This document shows, piece by piece, positions 25,641 through 43,285 of a stretch of DNA of 64,000 bases (position 1 is its first letter; each line of letters starts with the position of its first letter). This DNA is from Eledone cirrhosa (taxonomy: Eukaryota). Position numbers and translations under genes: made by a program. The stretch spans positions 1-64,000 of the forward strand of contig CAXHJY010000850.1 of assembly GCA_964016885.1 (NCBI GenBank), read 5' to 3'. The notes under the pieces are model-generated. The model was given only the letters and a program-made list of their open reading frames with translations, was not told where the DNA came from and made no database searches.

Positions 25641-26309
25641 TGTTAATTTTTTCTTCGCAGTCAAGATAGGAGTTTCCATGCTGTGGCCTGGGAGTATCGA
25701 TAAGATCGAGAAGATATTGCTAATCCTATCACCACCATAAGCAACAGTTAGTTATACATGAAGCTAAATTTAGAGATATAACATTTATCAACTGATATGC
25801 TATTCCATACAGACCGTATCATAAACAAGGCGAATATTTACTCAAGTGTCTTGGGTTTTTATTAAGAATAACAGAAAAACCTAGCATGTGTAGTGTGCAT
25901 ATTGATATATGTTTATATGATATGTCAAATAAAATCGTATTGGAGAATATGCACAGGAATTGAAGAGAGAGACTGTGTTACACTCTCTTCCGTAATCAGT
26001 AATGTAATCCATGATACATTCAAAAAAGACGATATTATATATAAACTGCATTACGGTGAAATGTAATGAAAACGAAAAAGGAGAGAATTAGCGACGGAAA
26101 TATAAACTTAATATAAAGATGCAAATATATGAACATTTATATATAAGCGATGTGATATAGCGTGATATAACCGGAAGTATTGACATTTGGAAATTTTAAA
26201 AGACGTGAATCTTGAAATAAGCAATAACATTATTTATATTTAATCAAGAGTTATGAAATTTAGTACATAAATTATGTAATATTCATTCATTATTTATTCA
26301 AAGTAATTA

Positions 26310-26500
26310 GGGCGGTGAATTGGCAGTATCGGTAGAGGGTTGGACGCCATGCTTTCTAGCATAGTTACGTCCCTTTATAGTCTGAGTTCAAATGCCGCCG
26401 AGGTTAACTTTGCCTTTCATCCTTACGGGGTCGATAAAATAAAGTACCAGTAATGTACTGGATAATTGCTGGCCTTGTGCTTAAACTAGAAACAATTATT
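26310..26500 (+). mobile_element. SINE family A, full length, 16-bp TSD
   Basis: TSD ATTATTTATTCAAAGT at 26289-26304 and 26495-26510; B-box-like GAGTTCAAATGCC. Confidence 0.9.
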
Positions 26501-26759
26501 TATTCAAAGTTTTTACAAACAGGATAAAAAAATATATTCAGGACACAGTCCCGCACTCCTCCCTTTATTATATTATGATTGCCATAGGTATTGTTTCTTC
26601 TCACTGGGCCAAAAGAACAAAAGATAACGAAGTAGTTAAGAAGCTGAATTTTAGGGATATAATATTCATTAATGTCTTGTTCATCATATTGACCGGGACC
26701 ATGAGGCGGACTGACCCTTAAGGTTCATTTAGGATTGTGGCATGCGTATTTTATTTACT

Positions 26760-27057
26760 CTCATATGCATATATATGTTCGAACATACATGAATAAATAC
26801 ATACATGAATATGTACAAACATACATGAATAAATACATACATACATGAATAAATAAATACATCCATACATGAATAAATACATAAGTACATACATACATAC
26901 ATGCATACATAAATATATACGTACATACATACATGAATAAATACATACGTACATACATACATACATATATACATGAATAAATAAATACATACATGAATAA
27001 ATACGTACGTACATACATACATAAATAAATGCATGCATACATAAATACATACATGCA
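26760..27057. repeat. (ATAC)n / ATGAATAAATAC compound microsatellite
   Basis: Direct reading. Confidence 0.9.
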
Positions 27058-27580
27058 TTCTTCTTCTACGCCCGCTTATTCCTGAGAGGGTCATGGGGGC
27101 AGATTCATCAAATATCCTTTCCACCATCTCCATCTGATCCGGCTGGATCCCCAAACGAGACCAGCCGAGCTAATGGGTATTATCCAACCATCTTCCCCGG
27201 GGCTTAGCCTGGGTCTCCTGCAGTCGGTTTTGTCCGTAACATCTGTCCAGCAATGTTTTTGTCTCAGACATTCTAACCACATATCAGTAATATCGAAGCT
27301 GTGATTTCTTAATTTGAAGAAGTAGCGGTTCTACGCGGAGAGATTCTCTGATTTCTGAGCTACACACGCTATCAAGTAACGTTACTCCCAAAGACCCTTC
27401 GGAGGAATCTCATTTTAATTCTTTCATGAGACATTCTAATCACATGCCGTTCATATTGGACCTGTGATCTCTCAATTAGCAGAAGTAGTGCCTCTGCCTG
27501 AAGGAACTGTTTGACCCCTGTCAAGTAACGCTGCTCCACAGACCCTTCGGAAGAACCCCATTTCGCCTGCTTTGAATTCG
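27058..27580 (-). mobile_element. RTE-clade LINE 3' fragment with an internally duplicated segment
   Basis: EMGFFRRVCG..LLDR and LLLLIERSQ..Y..HVIRM motifs present twice; GAAGAA tail. Confidence 0.7.
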
Positions 27581-27924
27581 CGATCGTATTATATCGGCCA
27601 ATTCATCGCCTAAATAAATAAATATACAAATAAAATTAAATAAATAAAATGAACATTTCCGATATATCTCAATGGGTTCAACACGTCGCTTCCTTTAGCT
27701 AAATAATCTATTTAACCAATACTTTCAAATGCCGAACACGTTGTTATTTCTCCTTTAGTTTGTTTATTTTTGTAATTTTTTCCCCATAGGTTTTGATGTC
27801 TTGTTATCATTCCGCCTAATCTAATATATAAACGAACATAAATTCTCTAGTTCGTGTTGAAACCATATTATATTATAGTTACATGCATATTTTATTATTG
27901 ACGGTCTGATATAAACTGATCAGT

Positions 27925-28158
27925 CTATAATAACAACAATAATAACAGCAGTAGCAACAACAACAACAAAAACAAGAACAGCTGCAGTAATAACACCAAT
28001 AACAACAGCAGTAACAGCAGCAATAACACCAACACCACCACCACCACTAACAACAACAGTAACAACAACAACAGTAACATCAACACCACCACCACAAACA
28101 ACAACAGTAACAGAAACACCACCACCAACACCATCAATAACAAAAACAGCAACAATGA
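27925..28158. repeat. Degenerate (CAA/CAG/CAC)n
   Basis: Direct reading. Confidence 0.9.
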
Positions 28159-28356
28159 AACCGGTGTATTCATAAGTATTATGATTACGTCATTGATCTT
28201 TATTCCGATCCACGCGCCATTTTAATAGCTTTATCATTGTTCTTTGACTAAAAGGAATTTGTTTTTTTTCAAAATTCAGTTTAGTTTAAGGTCATGCTGG
28301 TATTTTATTTTCATATACTGAATATTTTATAATTGATTGATAGGAAAAAAACCAAT

Positions 28357-30877
<2,521 letters not shown>

Positions 30878-31147
30878 TCTAAAGCCAGAAGGCTCATTTG
30901 GCAGGTGCTTATTCCGGTTACATGGCGTGAAGCGACTGAGAGTAAAAGACTCCCCCCTGGACAGGACGCCAGTCCATCGCAGGGTAAAACTCCCAGCTAT
31001 TGCTCGTACTCATTTTCAGCTGAGTATACTGGAGCTACGTGAAATGAAGTATTTTGCTCAAGAACACAACACGTAACCCAGGAGTCGAACCCACGACATT
31101 ATGATCGTAAGTCCAACACTCTTACTACTAGGCCACGTGCCTCCACA
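30878..31147 (-). mobile_element. tRNA-derived SINE family B (tRNA head, CORE-like and V-like domains)
   Basis: Minus strand: A box TGGCCTAGTAG, B box GGTTCGACTCC, GTGTTCTTGAGCAA, CCCTGCGATGGACTGGCGTCCTGTCCAGGGG; second copy at 54938-55197. Confidence 0.85.
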
Positions 31148-31151
31148 TATA

Positions 31152-31196
<45 letters not shown>

Positions 31197-31251
31197 ATGT
31201 ATATATATATATATATATGTATATATATGTGTATATATATGTGTGTATATA

Positions 31252-31292
<41 letters not shown>

Positions 31293-31337
31293 GTATGTAT
31301 ATATATATGTATATATATATATATGTATATATATATG

Positions 31338-31400
<63 letters not shown>

Positions 31401-32180
31401 GTATATATATATGTATATATATATATATGTATATATATATGTATGTATATATATATGTATATATATATGTATGTATATATATATGTATGTATATATGTAT
31501 GTATATATATATATATATATATGTGTATATATATGTATGTATATATATATGTATATATATATATATATATGTGTGTATATATATGTATGTATATATATAT
31601 ATGTGTGTATATATATGTATGTATATATATATATATATATATATGTGTATATATATGTATGTATATATATATGTATATATGTATGTATATATATATGTAT
31701 ATATGTATATATATATATGTGTATATATATGTATATATATATATGTGTATATATATGTATATATATATATATATGTGTATATATATGTATATATTTATAT
31801 GTGTATATATATGTATATATATGTGTATATATGTGTATATATATGTATATATTTATATATGTGTATATATATGTATATATATGTGTATATATGTGTATAT
31901 ATATGTATATATTTATATATGTGTATATATATGTATATATATGTGTATATATATGTATATATATATGTATATATATGTATATATTTATATATGTGTATAT
32001 ATATGTATATATATGTATATATATGTGTATATATATATGCATATATTTATATATGTGTATATATATGTATATATTTATATATGTGTATATATATGTATAT
32101 ATATATGTATATATATATGTATATATATGTATGTGTATATATATGGATGTATGTGTGTGTGTCTATATATATATATTTTA
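31148..32180. repeat. (TA)n/(TG)n compound microsatellite
   Basis: Direct reading. Confidence 0.95.
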
Positions 32181-32782
32181 TAGGAAAAAAACACTGCATA
32201 TATAGATACGTTATGTATTTGTTTTGAAGATTCTTGATGTGAAACCGTGTGTTGAAACCGATATCTTTATATTTTAGTTTCGCCATGTCGCCACTATTGC
32301 CAATAACGAATGTCATGTGTGTTTATAACTCGCAGATGTAACTTATCGATTTACCGATACTTTCTTATTGAGTGCTGCGAGCAAGCTCCAAATTGTTTTC
32401 TTTGGTGGATGTTGGCCGATCGCCGCCACTTCGATTTTACTAACTTCCACTCTTATCTCCTTATAATATATAACCAGCAATTTCTCTGTCTGTCTGCCCG
32501 ACGCGTAGAGAGAGAGAGTGAGAGAGAAAGAAAGAGACAGACTACAAGAGGGGGATAGCGGGAGGGAGAGAGAGAGACGCTGGAAGAGGGGAAGGAAAGC
32601 TATGTCTTGCTCTCTGCATTACGATACATATATATATACACACACACACACACACACTGAGCGCGTCATAATGACGTAATGCAAACAGCCAGACATACAG
32701 ACAGATATTATAAGGGCGCAACGTTATATCTATGTATCTATTTAAAAAGAAAGACTAAGAATTATATAGAGAGAACGCTAAA

Positions 32783-33150
32783 TCGCTTAATGCGGTCCCT
32801 AGGGTATTGAAAATTTGAAATAATTTTTGCTCAAAACACTTACAGGACCATAACTATTACATGTCTAAAGTTTGAAAACAATCGGTTGGATGGTTTTCAA
32901 GTTTTAGTGAGCTGACAGACAGACATTCTCTGTTTTAGATATATAGACTAGCAGAAAACCGCCCATTCGGGTGGTTTTCTGGTAGTCTATATATCTAAAA
33001 CAGAGAATGTCTGTCTGTCTGTCTCCCTAAAACTCGAGAACCACCCAACCGATTTTTTTAAAACTTTACACATATAATACTCATGGTGTGTGACTGTTTT
33101 GAGTAAAAAATATTTCAAACTTTCAATGCCCTGGGGATCGCATTAGGCGA
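32783..33150. mobile_element. Palindromic head-to-head pair of Helitron/Helentron-like non-autonomous elements
   Basis: Arms begin TCTATATATCTAAAACAGAGAATGTCTGTCTGTC; central hairpin ACTAGCAGAAAACCGCCC-ATTC-GGGTGGTTTTCTGGTAGT. Confidence 0.6.
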
Positions 33151-33432
33151 AACACCGCATATTTTAGGCTTTAAATGCTTTTTTGAGGCATAACGGGACA
33201 ATAATCCAGGCGATTTCTTCAAAATATGCATTTCTTATGTCGTTTAAAGTGTTTTGAGCAAAAAAGATTTTCACATTTTTTGCCCCAAGGATGAAACAGT
33301 TCAAAACAAAGCGAACGATCAATGTGTTCTTCCTTATCTGGCCTCTGTCTCTGTAATACGCATGCGTGACGTCCTTATAGTAATCAGTCTGCCTCGTGCA
33401 TTCCCAATTTATTATTTATTTTCTAGTATTCA

Positions 33433-33622
33433 GGGCGGTGGATTGGCAGTATCGGTAGAGGGTCGGACGCCATGCTTTCCAGCAGAGTTACGTCCCTTTA
33501 CGATCTGAGTTCAAATCCCGCCGAGGTTGACTTAGCCTTTCATCCTTACGAGGTCGATAAAATAAAATACCAGTAATGTACTGTGTATTTGCTGGCCTTG
33601 TGCCTAAAGTAGAAACAATTAT
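33433..33622 (+). mobile_element. SINE family A, full length, 19-bp TSD
   Basis: TSD ATTATTTATTTTCTAGTAT at 33411-33429 and 33618-33636. Confidence 0.9.
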
Positions 33623-33921
33623 TTATTTTCTAGTATATTTTTCCGGCTGATGATAATGGCGTCTTTTATTCTTAAATTGCCTTAATTCTGTTTTGTCACC
33701 TCTATGGTGGCTTATCTCTCTGCTGCGGTATCTTGGATATCGAGACCGGATCATAGTATAAAAAGATATTTGATACGTTGCTAGAGTTTAGTTATCTATA
33801 TTTTTATAGTCGTGTAGATGTCATATATCTATATCTTTGTGTGTGTATACACTCACACATATATATATATTTATATGTATGTATATATCTGTATATATGT
33901 ATATTCTTGTGTTTATATGCT

Positions 33922-33965
<44 letters not shown>

Positions 33966-34181
33966 GGTGTGTGTATGTGTGTGTGTATATATGTATGTGT
34001 GTGTATATATGTTTGTGTGTGTGTGTATATATGTGTGTGCATATGTGTGTGTGGTTGTGTGTATGTGTGTGGTTGTGTGTGTATATATATATATGTAAAC
34101 ATACGTGTGTGTGTGTATATATATATATACTTATATATATACATATATATATGTAAACATACGTGTGTGTGTATATATATA

Positions 34182-34225
<44 letters not shown>

Positions 34226-34419
34226 GTAAACATACGTGTGTATGTACATATATATTTACATAATATGTATGAATCTATGTTTGTGTGATCATACAGAAAA
34301 AATACTTCATGATTCATTAATAAATGAGATATAACCGTATAACCAATATGTCTGGATTACAAGCATCAAGTGTGACTGGCAATGATAATGATAACAAGAA
34401 GAAGAAGAATAAAAATAAT

Positions 34420-34632
34420 GATAATAATAATAATAATAATAATAATAATTGTTTCTACTTTAGGCACAAGGCCAGCAATTTCCCAGTGCATTACTGGTAC
34501 TTTATTTTATCGACCCCGTAAGGATGAAAGGCAAAGTCAACCGCGGCGGGATTTGAACTCAGATCGTAAAGGGACGTAACTATGCTGGAAAGCATGGCGT
34601 CCGACCCTCTACCGATACTGCCAATCCACCGT
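34420..34632 (-). mobile_element. SINE family A with expanded (ATT)n tail
   Basis: Full-length match to the family consensus. Confidence 0.9.
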
Positions 34633-34826
34633 TAATAATAACAATAATAATGTCAGAAACCAATTTCCAACAGGAATCAATAGATTTATGGTATGATGCT
34701 GATCAAATCAAGGCGATGAACACATGAATTCTGTGAAACCCTGCACTGAAACTAATTAATTTGCCGCAGACACTAGCGGCCTCACAATGACAAGACTTAT
34801 AAATTATACTACATATACATACATGC

Positions 34827-34874
<48 letters not shown>

Positions 34875-34876
34875 AT

Positions 34877-34907
<31 letters not shown>

Positions 34908-35037
34908 TAAGTATATTTATGTTGTTTTAGGCAGACAAAAGCTTCAGAGTTATTGAGTACTTATTTATGTGTGTGTACATATATCAATATGAGCGTGTAT
35001 ATATATGAACGCATGTGTGTATATATGTGTGTGTGTG

Positions 35038-35069
<32 letters not shown>

Positions 35070-35208
35070 TCTATTTGTGTGTATGTATGTTACTATATAT
35101 TTATGTAAATATATATATGTATATATAATATACTGTATATATATATATATATATACATATAAATATATATATACATATAGATATATATATATATATATAT
35201 ACATATAA

Positions 35209-35241
<33 letters not shown>

Positions 35242-35254
35242 CATATAAATATAT

Positions 35255-35285
<31 letters not shown>

Positions 35286-35310
35286 CATATAAATATATAT
35301 ATATATATAC

Positions 35311-35374
<64 letters not shown>

Positions 35375-35513
35375 ATATATATAAATATATATATATACAT
35401 ATAAATATAATGTATATGTATCTTTATAATGTATATATAATGTATATATATATATATACATATATATATATGTATATATATATAATGTATATATATATAT
35501 ATACATATATATA

Positions 35514-35556
<43 letters not shown>

Positions 35557-35763
35557 CATATGTATATATATATATACATATACATATGTATAAAGATATA
35601 TCTGATTATATATATATCTAAATGTCTGTATGTCTGTATATATATTTATCTGTAAATATCTGTAGATATGTATATATATATATATATATGTATATACATA
35701 TATCTGTAGATATGTATATATATATATATATATATGTATATACATATATCTGTATATATGTAC

Positions 35764-35839
<76 letters not shown>

Positions 35840-36000
35840 GTATATATATATGTTCTGGCTCGTTAATTTATTAACCTGCCATTGAACCACACTGGCATAT
35901 GGTTGGACAATACATGTTTCCCTAAGCGCTTTGTGCGTGTAGGGATATATATACTTTATTATATCTGTATTTATGTATATTTATATAATTGTATATATGC

Positions 36001-36122
<122 letters not shown>

Positions 36123-37199
36123 TTATATACGTATCTATATATTTGTATATATTTATATGTATATACATATATATATATGTACATATATATATATATGTAC
36201 ATATATATACATATATATATATACATATATATATATAACCAACCAGAAATTTATAAATTTGTAAATTTATAAATATATAATAAATTGAAGTGAAAGCAAC
36301 TGGTGCGTGTGTTTCTTATTGGCAACATGACCCTCCCAAAGTATAACGATATCGGTTTCAACACACGATTTCAGATAAAGAATCTTGCTAAACAAATTCA
36401 GAAACGATATATATATATATATATATGTGTGTGTGTATGCATTTACACATATATGTGTGTCTATATATATCAGGTAAACAAAAGCTTCGTTTGATAGTGC
36501 TTTAGTATACAATCACGTACTAGACTGATTTAACCATCGGGACTAAGGTCATGCTGGGGCAATATGGCAGCAGCTTTAGATGTTTAGATTCTGTCTGTAT
36601 TTTCATATTCGTTCAGACGGAATTAAACACATCTATGTATGGATGTGTATATGTAATTGTACGTGTATATGTAATTGTACGTGTATATGTATGTACGTGT
36701 AATTGTATATATGTTTATGTGTGCAGGTATGTGTGTATGTAGGTGTAAATGTATGCAAGTATGTATGTATCTATGTGTGTATGAATGTGTGTATGAATGA
36801 ATGGATGTGTGTGTGTACATATGTATATATTTGTATATATATGTTGTGTATATATATATATATATGTATATATGTGTATATGTGTATATGTGTATATATA
36901 TATATATATGTGTATATGTGTATATATATATATGTATATATATATGTGCATGTATATGTGTATATATATATGTGTGTATATATATATGTGCATGTATATA
37001 TATATATATATATGTGTGTATATATATATGTGCATGTATATATATATATATGTATGTGTATATATATGTGTGTATATATATATATGTGGATGTATATATA
37101 TATATGTATAGGTATATATGTATGTATGTTAAGGTACCTGACTTTGTGATACTATTAATCAACAACACAGGCACGCATACACATATACTTATCCTCATT

Positions 37200-37865
37200 T
37201 ACATACACACATACGTACATATATACATACACACATACACGTACACACGCATACATACACATATTCTCACGTATAGCATATGCTGCAATACACATATACA
37301 TACAAACCTACATATAATCATATACACGCATATACATACAAACCTACACATACTCACACATACACACACACACAATCCACACACATACACATTTATAACC
37401 CACACATACACACACACACACACACACACAATCCACACACATAATCCACACAGTCACACACACTCCACACATACACAATCCAGACACACATACACACACA
37501 TAATTCACACAGTCACACACACACAATCCACACAGACAATCCTCCTACATACACATACAATACACACACATATACAATCCACACACACACACGCACACAC
37601 AATCCACACACACTCACACTCACAATCCACACACAAACCAGGCACACACACAAAATCTACACACACTCACACACATAATCCACACACAATCCACAGGCAA
37701 TCCACACACACTCACCGGCAATCCACACACACTCACATATACAAACCACACACAATCGACCCACACACACAATCCACACAGACACACACAATCCACACAC
37801 ACACAATCTACCCACACAAATGTAACCCCCCCCCCACACACACACACACACAATCCACACAGTCA
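37200..37865. repeat. Degenerate (CA)n with CAATCCACAC sub-motif
   Basis: Direct reading. Confidence 0.9.
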
Positions 37866-38216
37866 TATTTACACAAGACTTTCAACTAAGTCCAGATATT
37901 AAAATCATTTTTAGATTTAGATTCTATTTCAGATTTAAAAAAAAAAATCAATTACGTTGTAGCTAAAATGATTTCCCTCTAATTAATTTCTTAATGACCC
38001 CACCCCCCACCAGCACGTGTATCCTCCCCCATGGTCCCCTACACTCCGCCCTCATTAATACCTTCACCTCACCCCCTGCCCCTCCCTACCTTCCTTCCTC
38101 TCCCATTTATCTTCCGTTGATGAAAAATAAACTGTCGCCATCTTTGATAAATGTTTCTAATGAATTTCTGTCGCTTGTCGGGATATTTCGTTTACCAATA
38201 AATATAGATCGATATT

Positions 38217-39240
38217 AATGGTGGTGATGGTTATGGTGGTAGTGGTGGTGGTGGCGGCGGTGGTGGTGGTTGTGGAGATGATGCTTGTGGTGGTGTTGGT
38301 GGTGGTGGTGGTGGTGGTTGTGGTGGTGGTGGTGGTGGTTGTGGTGGTGGTGATGATGGTTGTGGTGGTGATGGTTGTTGTGGTGGTGATGGTTGTTGTG
38401 GTAGTAGTGGTAGTAGTTTGTTGTTGGTTTGGTAGTTGTGATTATAATGTTGGTGCTGGTGGTGGTGGTGGTGGTAGTAGTCTGTTGTTGGTTTGGTGGT
38501 TGTGATTATAATGTTTGTGATGGTGGTGGCGGTGGTGGTTGTAGTGGTAGTGGTGGTGGTGGTGATAGTGATGATAATGGTGGTGGTTGTGTGTGGTGGT
38601 GATGTTGGTGATTTGTTGGTTTTGTGGTTGTTTGTGATGATGTTGGTGGTGGTGGTGGTGATAATGATGATGGTGGCAGCGTTGGTGGTGGTGTTATTGA
38701 TTGTACTGCTAGTAGTGGTGTTGGTGATTGTTGTTGTTGGTTGTGATGATGATAGTAGTTTTTTTTTTGTGTGGCTTGCTGGTGGTGAAGTTGGTTGTGG
38801 CATTGGTAGTTGTAGTGATACTGGTGTTGGGGATTATTAGCGTGATGATGATGATGGTGGTGATGGTAGTTAAAGATGATGATGATGATGATGGTGATGT
38901 TTGTTGGTGGTGGTAGTGATGACTACAATGGTATTAGTGTTAGGGATAATGATGAAGAAGACGGTGGCGTCGGTGATGATGATGATGGTGGTGGTGGTGG
39001 TGGTGGTGGTGATAGAAAAGATGGCTGTAGAGATATTGGTTACAGAAATACTGAAATGATGATGATGACGATGATGATGGTCATAGTGGTGCTGGCGGTG
39101 GTGCTGGTGATGCTGGATGTGGATGTAATATTGGAATCAGTGACGATGATGATGATGATGATGGTGGAGCTGGTGCAGGTGATGTTGGTTGGGGATGTAA
39201 TATTGGCGTCAGTGATGATGATGATGGTGATGATGCTATT
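38217..39240. repeat. Degenerate (GGT/GAT)n trinucleotide region
   Basis: Direct reading. Confidence 0.9.
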
Positions 39241-39591
39241 CGTATAGATAGTAATATCTATATTTGGATATCCCATTCATAAGAGAGCATCTGTTTGAGA
39301 TATGTCTTTTATTTCTGTGACACGAAACTGTTGTGATTGACGTGGCTATCAGCATGATCATAAACACTCTTATCGTAACCCCTGGCTCTTTACGGGAACC
39401 ATGTAATAGGAGGTTGTCAAGCCGGGTTCCACGAAACCTGTTCGAAAATAGAGTTCTATTAAGGTCAAATCTCTAGTACTTTTTCAAAAACAAAATTACA
39501 TATTATTGCATATGGGTATATAGGTCTCTAGATATATGCTAAAAAAATTGTTCACAGCGATATTTTATATACATGTATATATATATATGTA

Positions 39592-39897
39592 TTTTCATTT
39601 CATTTTACGTCCACTTTCTCCCTGCTTGCAAGAGTGGGACAGGAACTGATTCTGGCTTGATATCTACAGCTGGATGCCCTTCCTACCACCAACCTCATTT
39701 ACAGTGAGTGCTGGGTGCTTTCTTGCCGTGGCACCTCCACAACCACTTTGCAGATGAATGATAGGGACCCCAGTCCCTATCATCTCATTTCTACAGCTGA
39801 GTACACTGGAGCAATGTGAAATAAAGTGTCTTGCTCAAGGAAACACATCATCCGGTCTGAGGATTGAACTCACAACCTTTTCTCCATGTGCCTCCAT

Positions 39898-39898
<1 letters not shown>
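39592..39898 (-). mobile_element. tRNA-derived SINE with CORE-like and Meta-like domains and an RTE-type tail
   Basis: Minus strand GGTTGGTGGTAGGAAGGGCATCCAGCTGTAGA (Meta-like), CCTTGAGCAAGACACTT, tail GGACGTAAAATGAAATGAAA. Confidence 0.65.
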
Positions 39899-39943
<45 letters not shown>

Positions 39944-40006
39944 TTCACTAGTACACAATAAAACATATGTAAATGCTAGAAATAGATCGCTTAACCGTGT
40001 TAATGT

Positions 40007-40045
<39 letters not shown>

Positions 40046-40047
40046 CA

Positions 40048-40100
40048 GGGCTTCCTGATGATTTTTCCTGAATGAAACTGTCGTAGTCCTGTAGAAACCT
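40048..40100 (+). ncRNA. Hammerhead-like motif, paralogue of 22377-22423, embedded in (TA)n
   Basis: gggcttc CTGATGA tttttcctgaat GAAA ctg..ctg TA gaaacct; stems partly decayed. Confidence 0.45.
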
Positions 40101-40185
40101 TTTCTATATTATATATATATGTATATATGTATATATGTATATATATATAAATATATATGTATATATATATGTATATATATATATG

Positions 40186-40220
<35 letters not shown>

Positions 40221-40255
40221 ATATATATGTATATATATATATATGTATATATATG

Positions 40256-40286
<31 letters not shown>

Positions 40287-40458
40287 GTATATATATGTAT
40301 ATATATATATGTATATATATACGTATATATATATGTATATATATGTATATGTATATATATATATATGTATATATATCTGTATATATATGTATATAAATGT
40401 ATATATATGTATATATATATGTATATATATGTGTATATGTATATATATGTGTATATAT

Positions 40459-40496
<38 letters not shown>

Positions 40497-40533
40497 GTAT
40501 ATATGTATCTATATATATGTATATGTATATATG

Positions 40534-40582
<49 letters not shown>

Positions 40583-40620
40583 GTATATGTGTATATATAT
40601 ATATACATATATATATATAT

Positions 40621-40810
40621 AATAAGAAAATACGGAATAGTTTCAGATGTTAAAGTGCTTTATTGAAAAGACTGGTACATATTTCTATGACGAAAGTGGC
40701 CACGTGATTCCGCCTAAGCAATGCCATGACCATCAAGTCATTGAAATATGTATCACAGCCTTATCAATAAAAGACTTAAACATCTGAAACTATTTCGTAT
40801 TTTCTTATTC
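40621..40810. repeat. Imperfect inverted repeat with ~70-bp arms
   Basis: AATAAGAAAATACGGAATAGTTTCAGATGTT... versus ...AACATCTGAAACTATTTCGTATTTTCTTATT. Confidence 0.85.
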
Positions 40811-41030
40811 TAAATATGCTCCCTCATTCCGATGTGGAAAAAGAACGTAGAGTGCTTGATCTGAATTGCATCAATATTTACTGCAAGTATATATATATAT
40901 ATATATACAACCCCCCCCCCCCCCCACACACACACACAATCACACACACACACATATATATTACTTCCACAAGAGTGAAATTAATAACACTTTATACAAT
41001 TGTTCTGTGCGACACTTTTTAATGTATGTG

Positions 41031-41061
<31 letters not shown>

Positions 41062-41554
41062 GTATAATAAATGCATATATCTATTATATATATGTGTGTG
41101 TATAGAATATGCACATATATGTATTATATATATATATATATGGGCTTGCATCATACATATACGAGTATATATATCTGATTATGTTTTTAAGTATATATAC
41201 ATACATATTGACATATTCACAAATCTACTTTGTTTGTCTAGATATATTTTCTTCTTTTACTTTGATCTCCGAAAGTGAGAGGAAATCAGATTTTTATCTA
41301 TATCTTATTGATCTCTTATTACATATACTTTTCTTGTTGCTTATACCCCGATCTTCGACCTATCTGGTAAAGAGCCAAATACCTTGGAAACTACATATGC
41401 GTAGAGTTGTCGGCTGTGACTTGTATTGGCCCACAAATCGAAGGTTTTAACCCGATTCGTATCATCTACTGCCACATTTCTAGCTATATTTGACTTATCA
41501 TTTACAGATTTTCAATATGAAATATTGTTGTCACACATCTGACGAATATATATT

Positions 41555-41585
<31 letters not shown>

Positions 41586-42615
41586 GTTACTCACTCCGCT
41601 ACACGCACGCGCACACACACACACATATATATTTATATATATATATGTATATTATATATATATATATGTATGTGATATATATATATATGTGTGTATATAT
41701 TTATGTATATACATATATTTTTATATCCAGATATATTATGTATTTATATGCATTTATATACATAAATATGCATTTATATACCTATATATGCATATATATA
41801 CCTATATATGCATATGTATATACAAATGTATATATATATAGATATATATACAGATATGTATATGCATATATATATACAAATGTATATATATAGATATATA
41901 TACAGATATATATATACATATATATATACAAATGTATATATATATATAAATACATATATATACAAATATATATATGCATATATATATATATTTGTATATA
42001 TATATATATGTATATAGATACAAATATATATATATATATATATACATATATATACAAATATATATATATATATATACATATATATTCAGATATATATATA
42101 TGCATATAAATATATACATATATACTTATTCATACGTATATATATATATATATATATATGTATTTATTTACGTATATATACATATGTTGAAAAATATACA
42201 GATAACTAAATACAAATAAATAGATATATGGCTATGGAGCGAGATTTAGATGGATATCGATACATAACTTGAGATATAGATACCGATAGATCGATATAAT
42301 TTCAGACATAATTTGATGATATGAACAATCACGAAATTTCGACATTCGGTAAACATGTTATAATAAATATATAATTATATTCTAGAGAACGGTGTTTTAA
42401 ATATACAAACAAGAAAATTGCAGACAATTTGAGACGCTGTCGCTGAGCAAACCGTGTAAAAGAATATAAGTAATAGTTATTAGAAACTATTATTGCTGGA
42501 TAAATATTATGCATGTAGAATGTGTAATCACTGATATGTATATATACACAATGACGCCAATGGAAATATATATATATATATGTATAAATGTATATGAATG
42601 TATATTTGTATATGA

Positions 42616-42666
<51 letters not shown>

Positions 42667-42823
42667 TGTATATATATATATATATATATATATGAATGTA
42701 TATATATATATATATATGAATGTATATATATATATATATATATATATGAATGTATATATATATATATATATGAATGTATATATATATATATATATATATG
42801 AATGTATATATATATATATATGA

Positions 42824-42866
<43 letters not shown>

Positions 42867-43169
42867 TGTATATATATATATATGCATGTATGTGAACGTA
42901 ACTCTCTCCCTCTCACCCCCCTCTCTCTCTCTCTCCTTCTCTCTCTCCCTCTCTCCCTCTCTCTCTCTCTATATATATATAGATAGATATATAGATATAT
43001 AGATGTATATATGTATTTGTATATGGATGTCTATATATATGTATATGCACATATATAAATGTGTATTTGGATTTTTATATGGATGTATATATATATATGT
43101 ATATGAACGTATATATGTATATCATTAACTAAACTAGTGTATATATAAGTGTATATATGTATATATATG

Positions 43170-43282
<113 letters not shown>

Positions 43283-43285
43283 GTA

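Larger units (their letters stand above)
23870..25870. repeat. Old diverged ~150-bp tandem repeat (about 6 units) interrupted by SINE/LINE insertions
   Basis: GTGATAAATA..CGAATATTTAC....GAAAAGTGTCATAG....CACTAA at ~23914, 24340, 24498, 24652, 25117, 25815. Confidence 0.7.

Noticed and set aside
38218-39276. Poly-Val, poly-Thr and poly-Pro ORFs
   Set aside because: Degenerate trinucleotide repeat
41340-41540. Minus-strand IARNVAVDDTNRVKTFDL resembling a tyrosine-kinase catalytic loop
   Set aside because: No HRD or DFG, in-frame stop upstream, no supporting exons
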